From the NCBI GenBank assembly GCA_034439575.1, contig JAWXAQ010000022.1:64001-128000 (forward strand): a DNA stretch of 64,000 bases, in the 5' to 3' direction. The DNA is from Leptospira sp. (GTDB taxonomy: Bacteria > Spirochaetota > Leptospiria > Leptospirales > Leptospiraceae). A program made the position numbers and the translations under genes. This document shows, piece by piece, positions 42,491 through 51,911 of the stretch (within the stretch, counting starts at the first letter, position 1; each line of letters starts with the position of its first letter). Under the pieces are notes generated by a model. It had not been told where the DNA came from, ran no database searches, and worked only from the letters and a program-made list of their open reading frames with translations.

Positions 42491-42518
42491 ACTTCCCATA
42501 ATGTATATTATGTCGCAT
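42491..42518. other. dif-like XerC/XerD recombination site
   Basis: ACTTCCCATAA-TGTATA-TTATGTCGCAT; intergenic; central CATAATGTATATTATGT identical to E. coli dif. Confidence 0.7.
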
Positions 42519-42545
42519 ACGAAAAAGTAACCAATTGGAAGTAGA

Positions 42546-42585
42546 AAGACACATCGGTAACACTTTGAACAAGGCACATCGGTTA
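42546..42585. repeat. 15-bp imperfect direct repeat, 2 copies, period 25
   Basis: AAGACACATCGGTAA (42546-42560) and AAGGCACATCGGTTA (42571-42585). Confidence 0.7.
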
Positions 42586-42588
42586 AGC

Positions 42589-42633
42589 AGTATCTATCGT
42601 TTAATTCTTAAATCACGATAAACAATAGATACT
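42589..42633. terminator. inverted repeat downstream of the minus-strand porin gene
   Basis: AGTATCTATCGTTTA / TAAACAATAGATACT, 15 bp with 1 mismatch, 15-nt loop. Confidence 0.5.
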
Positions 42634-42657
42634 AATTTTAAGTTTCAGAGAATCTTA

Positions 42658-44358
42658 TTAAAAACTAATCGTCATCATCAAATAGGCAAATTGCGCCGTT
42701 TTACCTACGTTATTTGCAAAATAACCTGGTGCGCCGATGGTATTGTCGTTGACCCGATTCCGAATGGCATCTCCTGCAAATAGCAAACTATATCCCAATT
42801 CAAAATTTACCGAACGGTAAGGAATGCTGTATTTAAAATCAATTTCCCGGAATAAACTTCGGCGCAGATACGAAACGGGTCTATTTTCCCCAGCTCCTTT
42901 TTCTGAATAAACATTGCTTAGATTATATTGGTTGTTGGAAAGAGATTCTGTGCTGGCGCCAACCTTTGCCGTTCCTGAAACATCATACCAACTATCTTGT
43001 AACTTGTGTTTTTCGATAGCAAAATAATCTATTCGGAAGGTTCCATACTTTTCTAAGTTATATGTAAAATTCACTGACTTTGCTTTCATATTCACCCAAC
43101 TGATTTGATCTGCCATTCCATAAAAGGCATGGTTTGTATGGAATAAGTTTTGGAATGTGGCTACTGATCCATCAGATCGATTTGGATCACCGCTTCCCAC
43201 ATCATAACCTGCACCTAATCTAATTTTATCGATTGTATATCCAATATCAATTCCAAGGGCGTAGGTTTTATATTTTACTTTTTCTGAATATAAATTCCTT
43301 TGATATGTTAATCCCGTCAAAGGATCGATTACTTCTAGGTCAGTTTTTATAGTGTCCCATGCAGGTCGAATGGTTTGACCGGTCGTTCCAGATTGCATTG
43401 CATACTCTACTGAGTAATCAAATGCTTGTGTTGATTTTTTATTGGGCAATGTTTTATTTGTTAATCGTATTCCATATGTATGAAGGATATCACGCCTGCC
43501 AGCTCTGGATTCGGGTGTACCAGTATCACCTGTAGTAAGGGCAACAGCTTGATTTGTTTTTAAATATTCTTTTTGGTACCCTAAATAATACAAATCTATA
43601 TGCAATAATTCTGATGGTTTAATCGTATTATAAAAACCAGTAAAGTATGAATCGCCTAATTCTTGTTTAGGAGCATCAATTCCGAGTTTGCAGGATACTT
43701 TCGCATCTGGGGGACAATTGAATGTTGGGTTGTATAGATTTTTTTGTCCATGAATTGTGGTATTTCCGACAATATCCGAGTGCCGTTCTGAAACAGCAGT
43801 AACCCAAATGTGCGAGGAAAGATATTTAGTTTCCGATTTGACTCGTAAGCCATCAAAACTTCGTCCTACATTTGTCCATTCGAGTGCACCTACCAAACGT
43901 TCATCCCCATATTTCAATAATTGCCGACCCATTTGCACATGAAGGGGAATTTCTAGAATATTTTTCACTTCTAAGTACGCCTCCCGTATATCCGTGCTTT
44001 GGCGGGTATTATCATTGGCAGTAGATAATCCAGTGGGTGAACCTTTTTCTCCTCCCCAAACACGTGCATCTTGAAATGTAATTTTAGCAAATACGTCTTT
44101 TGAAAATTCTTTCTGAATCCAAAACTGTAATTTTTGTCCGACAAAATCAACATTGTCATTGGTATTTTTGTTGAAATCAAAATTGTATTTCATCTCGGGT
44201 CTAACTCGTAACATAGCGCCTGTTTGGAAGCCTTCCGTCCAAGTGGGAAGAGAAACGTCCTTGGTTTGTTCTGGTTTAGATTCTTCAGAAAACAATGAGA
44301 GGTGGAAAAATACCATTAAGACCAAAATTAAGCTGAATGGTAAGTGAAAATTTTTCAT
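42658..44358 (-). CDS. alginate-export (AlgE-like) family outer-membrane beta-barrel
   Basis: Signal peptide, FQDARVWG, GRQLLKYGDERLVG..WTNVGRSFDG, GSGD..TFQNLFHTNH, C-terminal Phe. Confidence 0.85.
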   Translation of the reverse strand: MKNFHLPFSLILVLMVFFHLSLFSEESKPEQTKDVSLPTWTEGFQTGAMLRVRPEMKYNFDFNKNTNDNVDFVGQKLQFWIQKEFSKDVFAKITFQDARVWGGEKGSPTGLSTANDNTRQSTDIREAYLEVKNILEIPLHVQMGRQLLKYGDERLVGALEWTNVGRSFDGLRVKSETKYLSSHIWVTAVSERHSDIVGNTTIHGQKNLYNPTFNCPPDAKVSCKLGIDAPKQELGDSYFTGFYNTIKPSELLHIDLYYLGYQKEYLKTNQAVALTTGDTGTPESRAGRRDILHTYGIRLTNKTLPNKKSTQAFDYSVEYAMQSGTTGQTIRPAWDTIKTDLEVIDPLTGLTYQRNLYSEKVKYKTYALGIDIGYTIDKIRLGAGYDVGSGDPNRSDGSVATFQNLFHTNHAFYGMADQISWVNMKAKSVNFTYNLEKYGTFRIDYFAIEKHKLQDSWYDVSGTAKVGASTESLSNNQYNLSNVYSEKGAGENRPVSYLRRSLFREIDFKYSIPYRSVNFELGYSLLFAGDAIRNRVNDNTIGAPGYFANNVGKTAQFAYLMMTISF

Positions 44359-44646
44359 TTAAAATATCCTTTTTCAAAATTGTAATGAAATGGAATGCAA
44401 TTATCGTACACTTTGTTACAAATTTGATTGGAATTTTATTATTTGAACAGATTGGAGCTTTCTAACGGAAACAATGCTTATTATTTGCAAATTGATCGAA
44501 TTATTAGCACATTAAGTCTAAGTACTAAAATCATCACTGCCACTAAATGATCAGTATTGCTGTACTAATTGGCAAATTGCTTTCTATACTTTCATTTTCT
44601 TATTTTTCTTGACCAATTGATGAATTTGTAATATCCCATTAGCCAA

Positions 44647-45099
44647 ATGAATGGATTTAGAAATGCTTCCTATGTTGGTTTTGTTCTCTATATGTTCGGA
44701 ATAATACTTTTTATGTATGGTTTTTATAATCTTAGCATTGAAAAGGATTTGGACCAAAAAGGTTTAAAGACGACGGGTGAAGTTTATGATTTGGAAGTGA
44801 CAGAACCTTACCGTCAAGCTTGGGTTATTTTCAAAACAGAGAAAGGACAAACGGTTCGTTTTTTAGATAAACTCTTTTGGAATCATAGTTTTGAGAAATA
44901 CAAAAAAGGCCAAAAAGTTGAAGTTTTGTATGACCCTGCGAATCCCATTCAAACAGCCGTGATCAATGATTTTTTCCAAAGAACTACAGCACCTTGGTGG
45001 CCCGTGATCGTCGGTGGAATCGTATTTCTAGTAGGATTTATCATGCGCAAAATCATGCTTAGAAAAGCAAAAGAACTAGATGCTCGTTTGAATCGATAA
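44647..45099 (+). CDS. DUF3592-like membrane protein
   Basis: TM, TTGEV, KGQKVEVLYDPANP, TM. Confidence 0.75.
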   Translation: MNGFRNASYVGFVLYMFGIILFMYGFYNLSIEKDLDQKGLKTTGEVYDLEVTEPYRQAWVIFKTEKGQTVRFLDKLFWNHSFEKYKKGQKVEVLYDPANPIQTAVINDFFQRTTAPWWPVIVGGIVFLVGFIMRKIMLRKAKELDARLNR

Positions 45100-45101
45100 C
45101 C

Positions 45102-45182
45102 AAGCAGATATTCGGTGAATATCGCTTTGAGAATGAAAAAGGAGAACAATTCGCCTGACAAGTGAATGTCTTCCTTTTTCAT
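45102..45182. terminator. two adjacent stem-loops between convergent genes
   Basis: AAGCaGATATTC-GGT-GAATATCGCTT (45102-45127), then ATGAAAAAGGA...TCCTTTTTCAT with inner pairing (45133-45182). Confidence 0.55.
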
Positions 45183-45196
45183 AAAGTCGTTGTCGA

Positions 45197-45637
45197 TTAC
45201 TTTTTAATTAAATTTTCTTGCGTTTGTGTGACAGGGATTGCTTTTGTTGCATCCTTTTCAATTTTTAAAAATTCGGAGAGACTTAGGGGGTCGTTTGATT
45301 TGAGTTCATCTGAGTCACTAGCAACTGCTACACCTTCTGTTGTTGATCTTGTGGAACATGCAGACAGGTTGGAACAAGAGCTAGAGCTACTGCAAAAACT
45401 AGACGCTGTACATGTGTATGGTGCCGAAGAGGAACATCCACCAGATGTACCAGCAAAGTAACAAGAAGAAGTGGAACTAGAAGAACTTGATCGACTTAGT
45501 AAACTTATTAATAAAAGAAGAGTGAAATACTCATCATTTTGTCTTTTTTCTTTTTCTGCAGCTGTTTCACCACCGCAAGACATGTTAGTTCCAATTACAA
45601 ATGCAAATAGCACAATTGTTGTAATTATTTTTTTCAT
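45197..45637 (-). CDS. Cys/Ser-rich lipoprotein
   Basis: MKKIITTIVLFAFVIGTNMSC lipoprotein signal; second hydrophobic stretch; poly-Ser; six-Cys cluster; ATG 45637 with AGGA upstream. Confidence 0.75.
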   Translation of the reverse strand: MKKIITTIVLFAFVIGTNMSCGGETAAEKEKRQNDEYFTLLLLISLLSRSSSSSSTSSCYFAGTSGGCSSSAPYTCTASSFCSSSSSCSNLSACSTRSTTEGVAVASDSDELKSNDPLSLSEFLKIEKDATKAIPVTQTQENLIKK

Positions 45638-45743
45638 AAATTTTCCTTTTTGGTTCCCCTTAAATTTTGGTAATTTCATAAAAAATGAATATCTAAAACA
45701 GGTGGTCAATGAAAAAACTAATACGAATTCTGTGATATGATTC

Positions 45744-46211
45744 TTATTCTGATATTAATTGAATATCACTAGAATTAATTAGATATCTACTGCCATCGAC
45801 TACAGAAAAAGATAAAGAATGAACTTTGAGGTATATAATTTCGTTCGAATAATCAGTTTTAGCTATATTACAATATTTGCTTGTTGCTGGAGGTAATTTC
45901 GATTTCCAAATGCATAATAATTCTGGAGTTTTTCTCCCTTCTGGGATCAGAACCAGATCATTTTTATCATATGCAAATATTAATAATTTGGCATCTCGTA
46001 TCGTATCTTCGGCTGAAATATTTTTGAGTTCAACAGAAGCAGAGATTTGTCTGTGATTTTTATCCAACTCCTGATTCATTTTAAGAAATACGTAGTAACC
46101 ATTTTCTCTTGCAAGTAATTCCTTTTTGGTGATGAACTCTGTCGTTTTGAAACAATGATTGAAACTTAAAAATAAAACTACTGAAAGTTTCAATCCTCTG
46201 AGTTTTTTCAT
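45744..46211 (-). CDS. hypothetical lipoprotein
   Basis: MKKLRGLKLSVVLFLSFNHC signal with Cys; start abuts the SPFH stop codon. Confidence 0.7.
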   Translation of the reverse strand: MKKLRGLKLSVVLFLSFNHCFKTTEFITKKELLARENGYYVFLKMNQELDKNHRQISASVELKNISAEDTIRDAKLLIFAYDKNDLVLIPEGRKTPELLCIWKSKLPPATSKYCNIAKTDYSNEIIYLKVHSLSFSVVDGSRYLINSSDIQLISE

Positions 46212-47039
46212 TTACTTAAAAGGAATCAAAAAATTGGTTTTGTCCCCCATCATATTTTGAGGTAATTTTCCATCCCATTTTTCTATCCAAATTTTTTGTA
46301 TCATCATGGGTGTTAGTTGTTGTGATTCCAAACGAATTTGTGCAGCCGTTCCTTCTGCCTTTGCCTTATCAATTTTTGCTTGTGCTAATGCTTCGCGTAA
46401 TTCGTTTTCTCTGCTTTCTGCTTTTTGAATCGCTTCAATTTTTGCGTCTAATGCCTGTTTAACTTTTTCTGGAAGCCTCATTGTGCCAATCCAATAAAGT
46501 CGTTCTATGATAATGCCTCTTTGCAGAAACTCTTCTTTTGTGGCAAGTGTTGCCTTTTCGATTAAGTCGACTCTCCCTGGACCATATATCATATCAGAAG
46601 TCATAACTGATGCCAGGCGATTCAAGCTATCTCTAACGGCTGTTCGTAGAACATTGTCTGTAACTTCGTCAATTCCCCGTCTATAGGTTTGAAAAAGTAC
46701 ATTTGCCTTTGTCGGATCTATACGGAATTGAATGCCTACATCAGCATTCACTGTTAATCCTTCTTTGGTTTGAATATCAATGGATTCGTTTGTCTCAGAG
46801 TCTTCTTGGAAATCTGCTGTCCAAACATATGTTTTCGTAAAAGTCGGATAGAGATATAATTCTTCATTGATTCCAATCCAATAACGTCCCACACCCAATT
46901 CTTCTGAATCGACTCCCTTATTTCCCCCAAGTAAATATACTTTTACACCCACATAACCTGCTGGAACTTTCTGGCAGCTGACAAAAACAAATAAACTGAG
47001 AATGGGAATCAAAATCGTCAGTAATCGTAATTTTTTCAT
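46212..47039 (-). CDS. SPFH/band-7/prohibitin family lipoprotein
   Basis: VSC lipobox, KVPAGYVGVKV, QTKEGL.VNADVG, AEG-rich coiled coil, IEKWDGKLP. Confidence 0.9.
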   Translation of the reverse strand: MKKLRLLTILIPILSLFVFVSCQKVPAGYVGVKVYLLGGNKGVDSEELGVGRYWIGINEELYLYPTFTKTYVWTADFQEDSETNESIDIQTKEGLTVNADVGIQFRIDPTKANVLFQTYRRGIDEVTDNVLRTAVRDSLNRLASVMTSDMIYGPGRVDLIEKATLATKEEFLQRGIIIERLYWIGTMRLPEKVKQALDAKIEAIQKAESRENELREALAQAKIDKAKAEGTAAQIRLESQQLTPMMIQKIWIEKWDGKLPQNMMGDKTNFLIPFK

Positions 47040-47040
47040 G

Positions 47041-47295
47041 TTAGTCTTTCCTTAAAATAGATAGTTTAGAGCGAAATTTGTATAAAATCGGAGGAAATAT
47101 AATGGTAAGAACCAATATAGCGATACCAATTATGACATGAATATCTTCCTTACTCGAAATGAGAATAGGAAGTTGGTACAGAAATAAATAGAGATAAAAT
47201 AGTCCAATGAGTATAAATAGAAAATAATTTAGGGCAAGTTTGATATGTTTGGTATCATTTTCCATTTGAGAGTATGAGAAAACATTTTTGTTCAC
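47041..47295 (-). CDS. small two-TM membrane protein
   Basis: Two hydrophobic helices; 1 nt from the SPFH start; start may be ATG 47265. Confidence 0.55.
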   Translation of the reverse strand: MNKNVFSYSQMENDTKHIKLALNYFLFILIGLFYLYLFLYQLPILISSKEDIHVIIGIAILVLTIIFPPILYKFRSKLSILRKD

Positions 47296-47468
47296 CTTTG
47301 GTCAAATGAAAAATACTATAAAATAATTATGAATTTACGAAACACGAACGAGGTTTGAATGTGGGCGTATACAAATGAGTTTCCGCTTTTTCAGATCATT
47401 ACTGGAAGTAAATACCCACTCTGTAATGCAAAAATACCCTTTCTTAAATCTATTTCAGGAGCATTTCA

Positions 47469-48158
47469 ATGACCTTGAGTCTTAACTTCTTTCGATCATC
47501 GATAGGAAAAAAGATCATAATGGCCATTACCGGTTTTATCTGGTTCGGTTTTGTGATCGCACACATGCTTGGAAACCTTCAGGTTTACCAAGGCGCAGAA
47601 AAACTTAACACCTATGCTAAGTTTTTAAAGGACTTGGGACCATTACTTTGGGTCGCCCGCATTGTTTTATTTGTCTCTTTTTTTGGTCATGTGATTGTAG
47701 CCATTTCTCTAAAAAGGCAAAACTCTTCGGCAAGACCAGTTAGTTATGCGAAGGATTCTACAATACAGGCATCGAAAGCATCTACAACTATGATCTATAG
47801 TGGATTATTGTTACTAACTTTCTTAGTTTATCATTTACTTCACTTAACTTTTGGCTTTACTAATCCTGAACACTATTCTATTGAATACACACTTAAAAGC
47901 GGAGATGTTGTTCACGATGTTTATGCGATGGTTATCCTTGGATTCCAACAAATGCCTATCGCTATCGCCTACATAGTGTTTATGTTTTTTCTAGCACTTC
48001 ACTTTTCGCATGCATTAGGTTCCATGTTCCAATCACTCGGAATTCTGGCACCAAAACACAATCCCCTACTTCAAAAGATCGCTACGAGCTTAGCCATCTT
48101 CGTATTTATCGGCAATAGCTCAATGCCATTATCCATCCTACTTGGATTTGTAAAATAA
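47469..48158 (+). CDS. sdhC: succinate dehydrogenase/fumarate reductase cytochrome b subunit
   Basis: SSIGKKIIMAITG, HMLGNL, heme-ligand His residues; AGGAG SD. Confidence 0.95.
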   Translation: MTLSLNFFRSSIGKKIIMAITGFIWFGFVIAHMLGNLQVYQGAEKLNTYAKFLKDLGPLLWVARIVLFVSFFGHVIVAISLKRQNSSARPVSYAKDSTIQASKASTTMIYSGLLLLTFLVYHLLHLTFGFTNPEHYSIEYTLKSGDVVHDVYAMVILGFQQMPIAIAYIVFMFFLALHFSHALGSMFQSLGILAPKHNPLLQKIATSLAIFVFIGNSSMPLSILLGFVK

Positions 48159-48176
48159 CAGGCAATAGGAGAACTT

Positions 48177-50102
48177 ATGAAATTAGATGCAAAGATACCA
48201 TCAGGCCCGCTTGAACAAAAATGAGACAAACACAAAACTGATATTAAACTCGTCAATCCAGCAAATAAACGTAAATATAAAGTAATTATTGTAGGAACTG
48301 GTCTTGCAGGGGCTTCTGCTGCTGCAACTCTTTCTGAATTAGGTTACCAAGTATCCGTATTTTGCTTTCAAGATTCACCAAGACGCGCTCACTCAATTGC
48401 GGCACAAGGTGGAATTAACGCGGCCAAAAATTACCAAAACGATGGGGACTCGGTGTATCGTTTGTTTTATGATACGGTAAAGGGTGGTGATTTTCGTGCT
48501 CGTGAAGGAAACGTTTATCGCCTAGCACAAGTTTCTGCTAATATCATTGACCAGTGTGTGGCGCAAGGTGTTCCCTTTGCCAGAGAATACGGTGGCAATT
48601 TATCTAACAGATCGTTTGGTGGGGCACAGGTGTCTCGTACATTTTATGCCAAAGGCCAAACAGGACAGCAATTGTTACTTGGTGCCTACTCTGCCTTAGA
48701 AAAACAAATTGCAAAAGGTGCCGTAAAAATGTATGCACGCACTGAAATGTTAGAACTTGTTTTAGTTGATGGTCATGCTAAGGGAATCGTAGTTCGTGAC
48801 TTAGTCACTGGAGAAATTTCATCCCATGCAGCTGATGCTGTGATTTTAGCAAGTGGCGGTTATGGAAACGTTTTTTATCTTTCCACAAATGCGAAAGGAT
48901 CAAATGTAACTGCAACTTACCGTGCTTATAAAAAAGGTGCAGCATTTGCTAATCCATGTTATACGCAAATTCACCCTACTTGTATCCCTCAATCGGGCGA
49001 CTACCAATCAAAGCTAACTTTGATGTCTGAATCACTCAGAAATGATGGCCGTGTTTGGGTTCCGAAAGCAAAAGGTGATGTCAGACCCCCTCATGAAATT
49101 CCTGAATCAGATAGAGATTATTTTTTAGAAAGAAAATACCCTTCTTATGGTAACCTAGCACCAAGAGATATTTCCTCTCGTTCTGCAAAAGAAGCCTGTG
49201 ATAACGGTTTGGGTGTGGGTCCCCTTGTTGGTGATAAACGTCTGGGTGTGTATTTGGATTTTTCAGATTCTATCAAACGTTTGGGAGAACCTGTTGTCGC
49301 TGATCGTTATGACAACCTATTCCAAATGTATGAAAGAATTACAGGTGAAAATCCGTACAAAGTTCCGATGCGAATTTATCCTGCAGTTCACTATACAATG
49401 GGTGGACTTTGGGTGGATTATAATTTAATGTCAAATATCCCCGGATTACACGTACTTGGTGAGGCAAATTTCTCTGATCACGGTGCGAATCGATTAGGTG
49501 CCTCTGCACTTATGCAAGGTTTGGCGGACGGATACTTTGTAATTCCTTATACCATTGGTGATTATTTTGCCAAAGAAGGTTTTAAAAATATTTCGACTGA
49601 TCGCCCCGAATTCAAAGAAGCAGAAGCTCGCGTGAAAGAGATGACAAATAAATTTTTGTCCATCAATGGCAAACGTACGCCGGATGATTTCCATAGAGAA
49701 CTTGGTAAAGTGATGTGGGACAAATGTGGGATGGCTCGTAACGATGCTGGTCTTAAAAGTGCGATTTCGAAAATTGGCGAAATCAAAGAAGAATTTTGGA
49801 AGAACTTAAAAGTAACTGGTGTAAATGGAGAACTCAACCAAGAAATCGAAAAAGCTGGTCGAGTTGCCGACTTTATCGAGTTTGGTGAGCTAATGTGCAT
49901 TGATGCTCTCAAACGAGAAGAGTCTTGTGGAGGGCATTTCCGTGAAGAATACCAAACAGAGGAAGGAGAGGCAAAACGTAACGATGATAAATTTTGCCAC
50001 GTCACTGCTTGGGAATACAAAGGCGAAGGCAAAGCCCCAGAAGAACACAGAGAAAAACTAGAATATGAAAATATCCACCTTGCGGTAAGGAGCTATAAAT
50101 AA
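48177..50102 (+). pseudogene. sdhA: succinate dehydrogenase flavoprotein subunit interrupted by an in-frame TGA at codon 16 (48222-48224); nonsense allele, readthrough or sequence error
   Basis: AGGAG SD and ATG 48177: MKLDAKIPSGPLEQK*DKHK...IIVGTGLAG...[16 protein letters not shown], continuous in frame with ORF 48453-50102. Confidence 0.9.
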
Positions 50103-50842
50103 TGAATACTATGAAATTGCATCTCAAAGTTTGGAGACAAAAGAACGCAAGTGACAAAGGGAAAATGGTCAGTTACGAAGCGGATAACGTAAATGAACAT
50201 ATGTCTTTTTTGGAAATGTTAGATGTTGTCAATGAAGGCTTAGTTAAAAAAGGCGATGAGCCTATCGCCTTCGACCATGACTGCCGTGAAGGAATCTGTG
50301 GTTCCTGTTCCATGGTGATCAACGGTGTGCCTCACGGTCCTGAAAGAGGAACCACAACTTGCCAATTGCACATGCGTAAGTTCAAAGATGGTGATACAGT
50401 TTATATAGAACCTTGGAGAGCTAAGGCATTCCCGGTCGTCAAAGATTTGGTTGTGGATCGTTCTGCCTTTGATCGTATCATCCAAGCGGGAGGCTATGTT
50501 TCCGTAAATACAGGTGGTGCACCTGACGGTAATGCTATGCCGATTCCGAAAGTTGATGCTGATTTAGCTATGGATGCTGCGACATGTATTGGTTGCGGGG
50601 CCTGTGTTGCGGCTTGTAAAAATGCATCTGCTATGTTATTTGTCTCCGCCAAAGTTTCCCACCTTGCTCTTCTTCCTCAAGGTCGAGTAGAGAAAAAGGA
50701 CCGTGTTAAGAAAATGGTCGCGGCTATGGACAAAGAAGGATTCGGGAATTGTACAAACCAGTATGAATGTGAAGCCGCTTGCCCGAAAGAAATTTCTGTG
50801 AATTTTATCACAAGATTGAATCGAGAGTTTATCGCAAGTTAG
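50102..50842 (+). CDS. sdhB: succinate dehydrogenase iron-sulfur subunit
   Basis: [43 protein letters not shown]. Confidence 0.97.
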   Translation: MNTMKLHLKVWRQKNASDKGKMVSYEADNVNEHMSFLEMLDVVNEGLVKKGDEPIAFDHDCREGICGSCSMVINGVPHGPERGTTTCQLHMRKFKDGDTVYIEPWRAKAFPVVKDLVVDRSAFDRIIQAGGYVSVNTGGAPDGNAMPIPKVDADLAMDAATCIGCGACVAACKNASAMLFVSAKVSHLALLPQGRVEKKDRVKKMVAAMDKEGFGNCTNQYECEAACPKEISVNFITRLNREFIAS

Positions 50843-50862
50843 ATGCAAAAAAGACAAATATT

Positions 50863-50941
50863 TTTTTGAGTTCGATTTAAAACAAATTTGAACTCAAAAA
50901 GAATTAAAAGCCTTGGAGATTTAAAATTCCAGGGCTTTTTT
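50863..50941. terminator. tandem hairpins; the second is a likely bidirectional intrinsic terminator
   Basis: TTTTTGAGTTC..GAACTCAAAAA (50863-50900); AAAAGCCTTGGA..TCCAGGGCTTTT (50906-50939) flanked by A/T runs. Confidence 0.7.
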
Positions 50942-51911
50942 ATTGAAACTGGCTTTCTTCTAAAAGAAATTTTAAGTTTTCTATGATATTGATGTTTGTG
51001 ATTTTTTGATTTTGAGTTATGTTCGGTGGCCAAACATCCAAACAATTTAATAATTCTTGGATCGGCTTACATTCTTTATCTCTCTTTTGGCGACCGAGCA
51101 AAAGCAAATGTAAACGAGAAATCGCACTATGTATCGTCATTTGTTTTTTCAAGTTATCGATGGATCTCAATTTTGATTCAACTTCTAACAACAATTTGAT
51201 TAGCGCATAGATGCGAAAACGTTCTATCGCTTGAAACTTTGCAGATAATTGATCAAAGTGACCACCGTAACGTGTGAGTAAATTTTCTTCGACAAGGCCG
51301 ACATACTCATCCTTAGCTAAAATTCTAACCCATAGATCATAATCTTCACATGCTTGTAATTCCTCGCGAAATCCTCCTTCTTCTAACCATAAGTCCCTTC
51401 TTATCATGACACTTGATGGTGTGATCAAACAAAGTTCTAGGGCATCTTGGAAAAAATTCCCACTTTTTTTTTGGTGTTTGGATAAAACAGGAACTGGATA
51501 ACCATTTCGAATCCAACGCTCATTTGTCTGAGAAATTCTAACATTTGGATTTAATTGGTGGTATTCGATTTGCTTTGTTAATTTATTTGGTTCCCAAACA
51601 TCGTCAGAATCTAAAAAACAAAGCCACTCTCCCTTGGACATTGCGACTGCAAAATTACGTGTTGCCGAAACGCCTTTATGTTCTCTTTGAAACATTTGAA
51701 TGGATTTTTGGTTTTTCCCAAATTGGATGAATTCTCGTTTCCAACTAGGATATAGCGATATTAAAGTTTTCCAAACATTTTCATCACTTCCATCATCGAC
51801 TAAAATTAATTCCCAGTTCGCATAACTTTGAGATAAAACCGACTCCGCAGCACGAATCGTTGGTTCAATTCTTTGGTAATTTGGGATGATGATGGAAACA
51901 AGAGGCTTCAA
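50940..51911 (-). CDS. glycosyltransferase family 2
   Basis: VSIIIPNY, ELILVDDGS, GVSATRN, FLDSDD, CEDYDLW. Confidence 0.93.
   Translation of the reverse strand: MKPLVSIIIPNYQRIEPTIRAAESVLSQSYANWELILVDDGSDENVWKTLISLYPSWKREFIQFGKNQKSIQMFQREHKGVSATRNFAVAMSKGEWLCFLDSDDVWEPNKLTKQIEYHQLNPNVRISQTNERWIRNGYPVPVLSKHQKKSGNFFQDALELCLITPSSVMIRRDLWLEEGGFREELQACEDYDLWVRILAKDEYVGLVEENLLTRYGGHFDQLSAKFQAIERFRIYALIKLLLEVESKLRSIDNLKKQMTIHSAISRLHLLLLGRQKRDKECKPIQELLNCLDVWPPNITQNQKITNINIIENLKFLLEESQFQ

Noticed and set aside
42546-42585. CRISPR array
   Set aside because: Only two 15-bp imperfect repeats with a 10-bp spacer; no cas genes
42658-44358. Alginate biosynthesis locus
   Set aside because: Only the porin family member is present; no alg8/alg44/algD-like genes
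44570-44586. TGGCA...TTGC as a sigma-54 promoter for the DUF3592 gene
   Set aside because: GG-to-GC spacing is wrong for a -24/-12 element
44694-44721. Second dif-like pattern GTTCGGAATAA-TACTTT-TTATGTATGGT
   Set aside because: Lies inside the DUF3592 coding sequence, outer arms match poorly, and ATAA-N6-TTATGT is expected by chance in AT-rich DNA of this length
45197-45637. RiPP (TOMM/lanthipeptide) cluster using TldD/PmbA
   Set aside because: The peptide has a lipoprotein signal; no YcaO, LanM, radical SAM or transporter gene nearby; tldD/pmbA are about 13 kb away in a core operon
45162-45740. Plus-strand ORFs 45162-45461 and 45471-45740, and other short antisense ORFs in the track
   Set aside because: Shadows of well-supported genes on the opposite strand or frame, with no recognisable motifs
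48222-48224. Selenocysteine or genome-wide TGA=Trp recoding
   Set aside because: The position corresponds to Trp, not Cys; TGA terminates other genes here and TGG is used for Trp throughout
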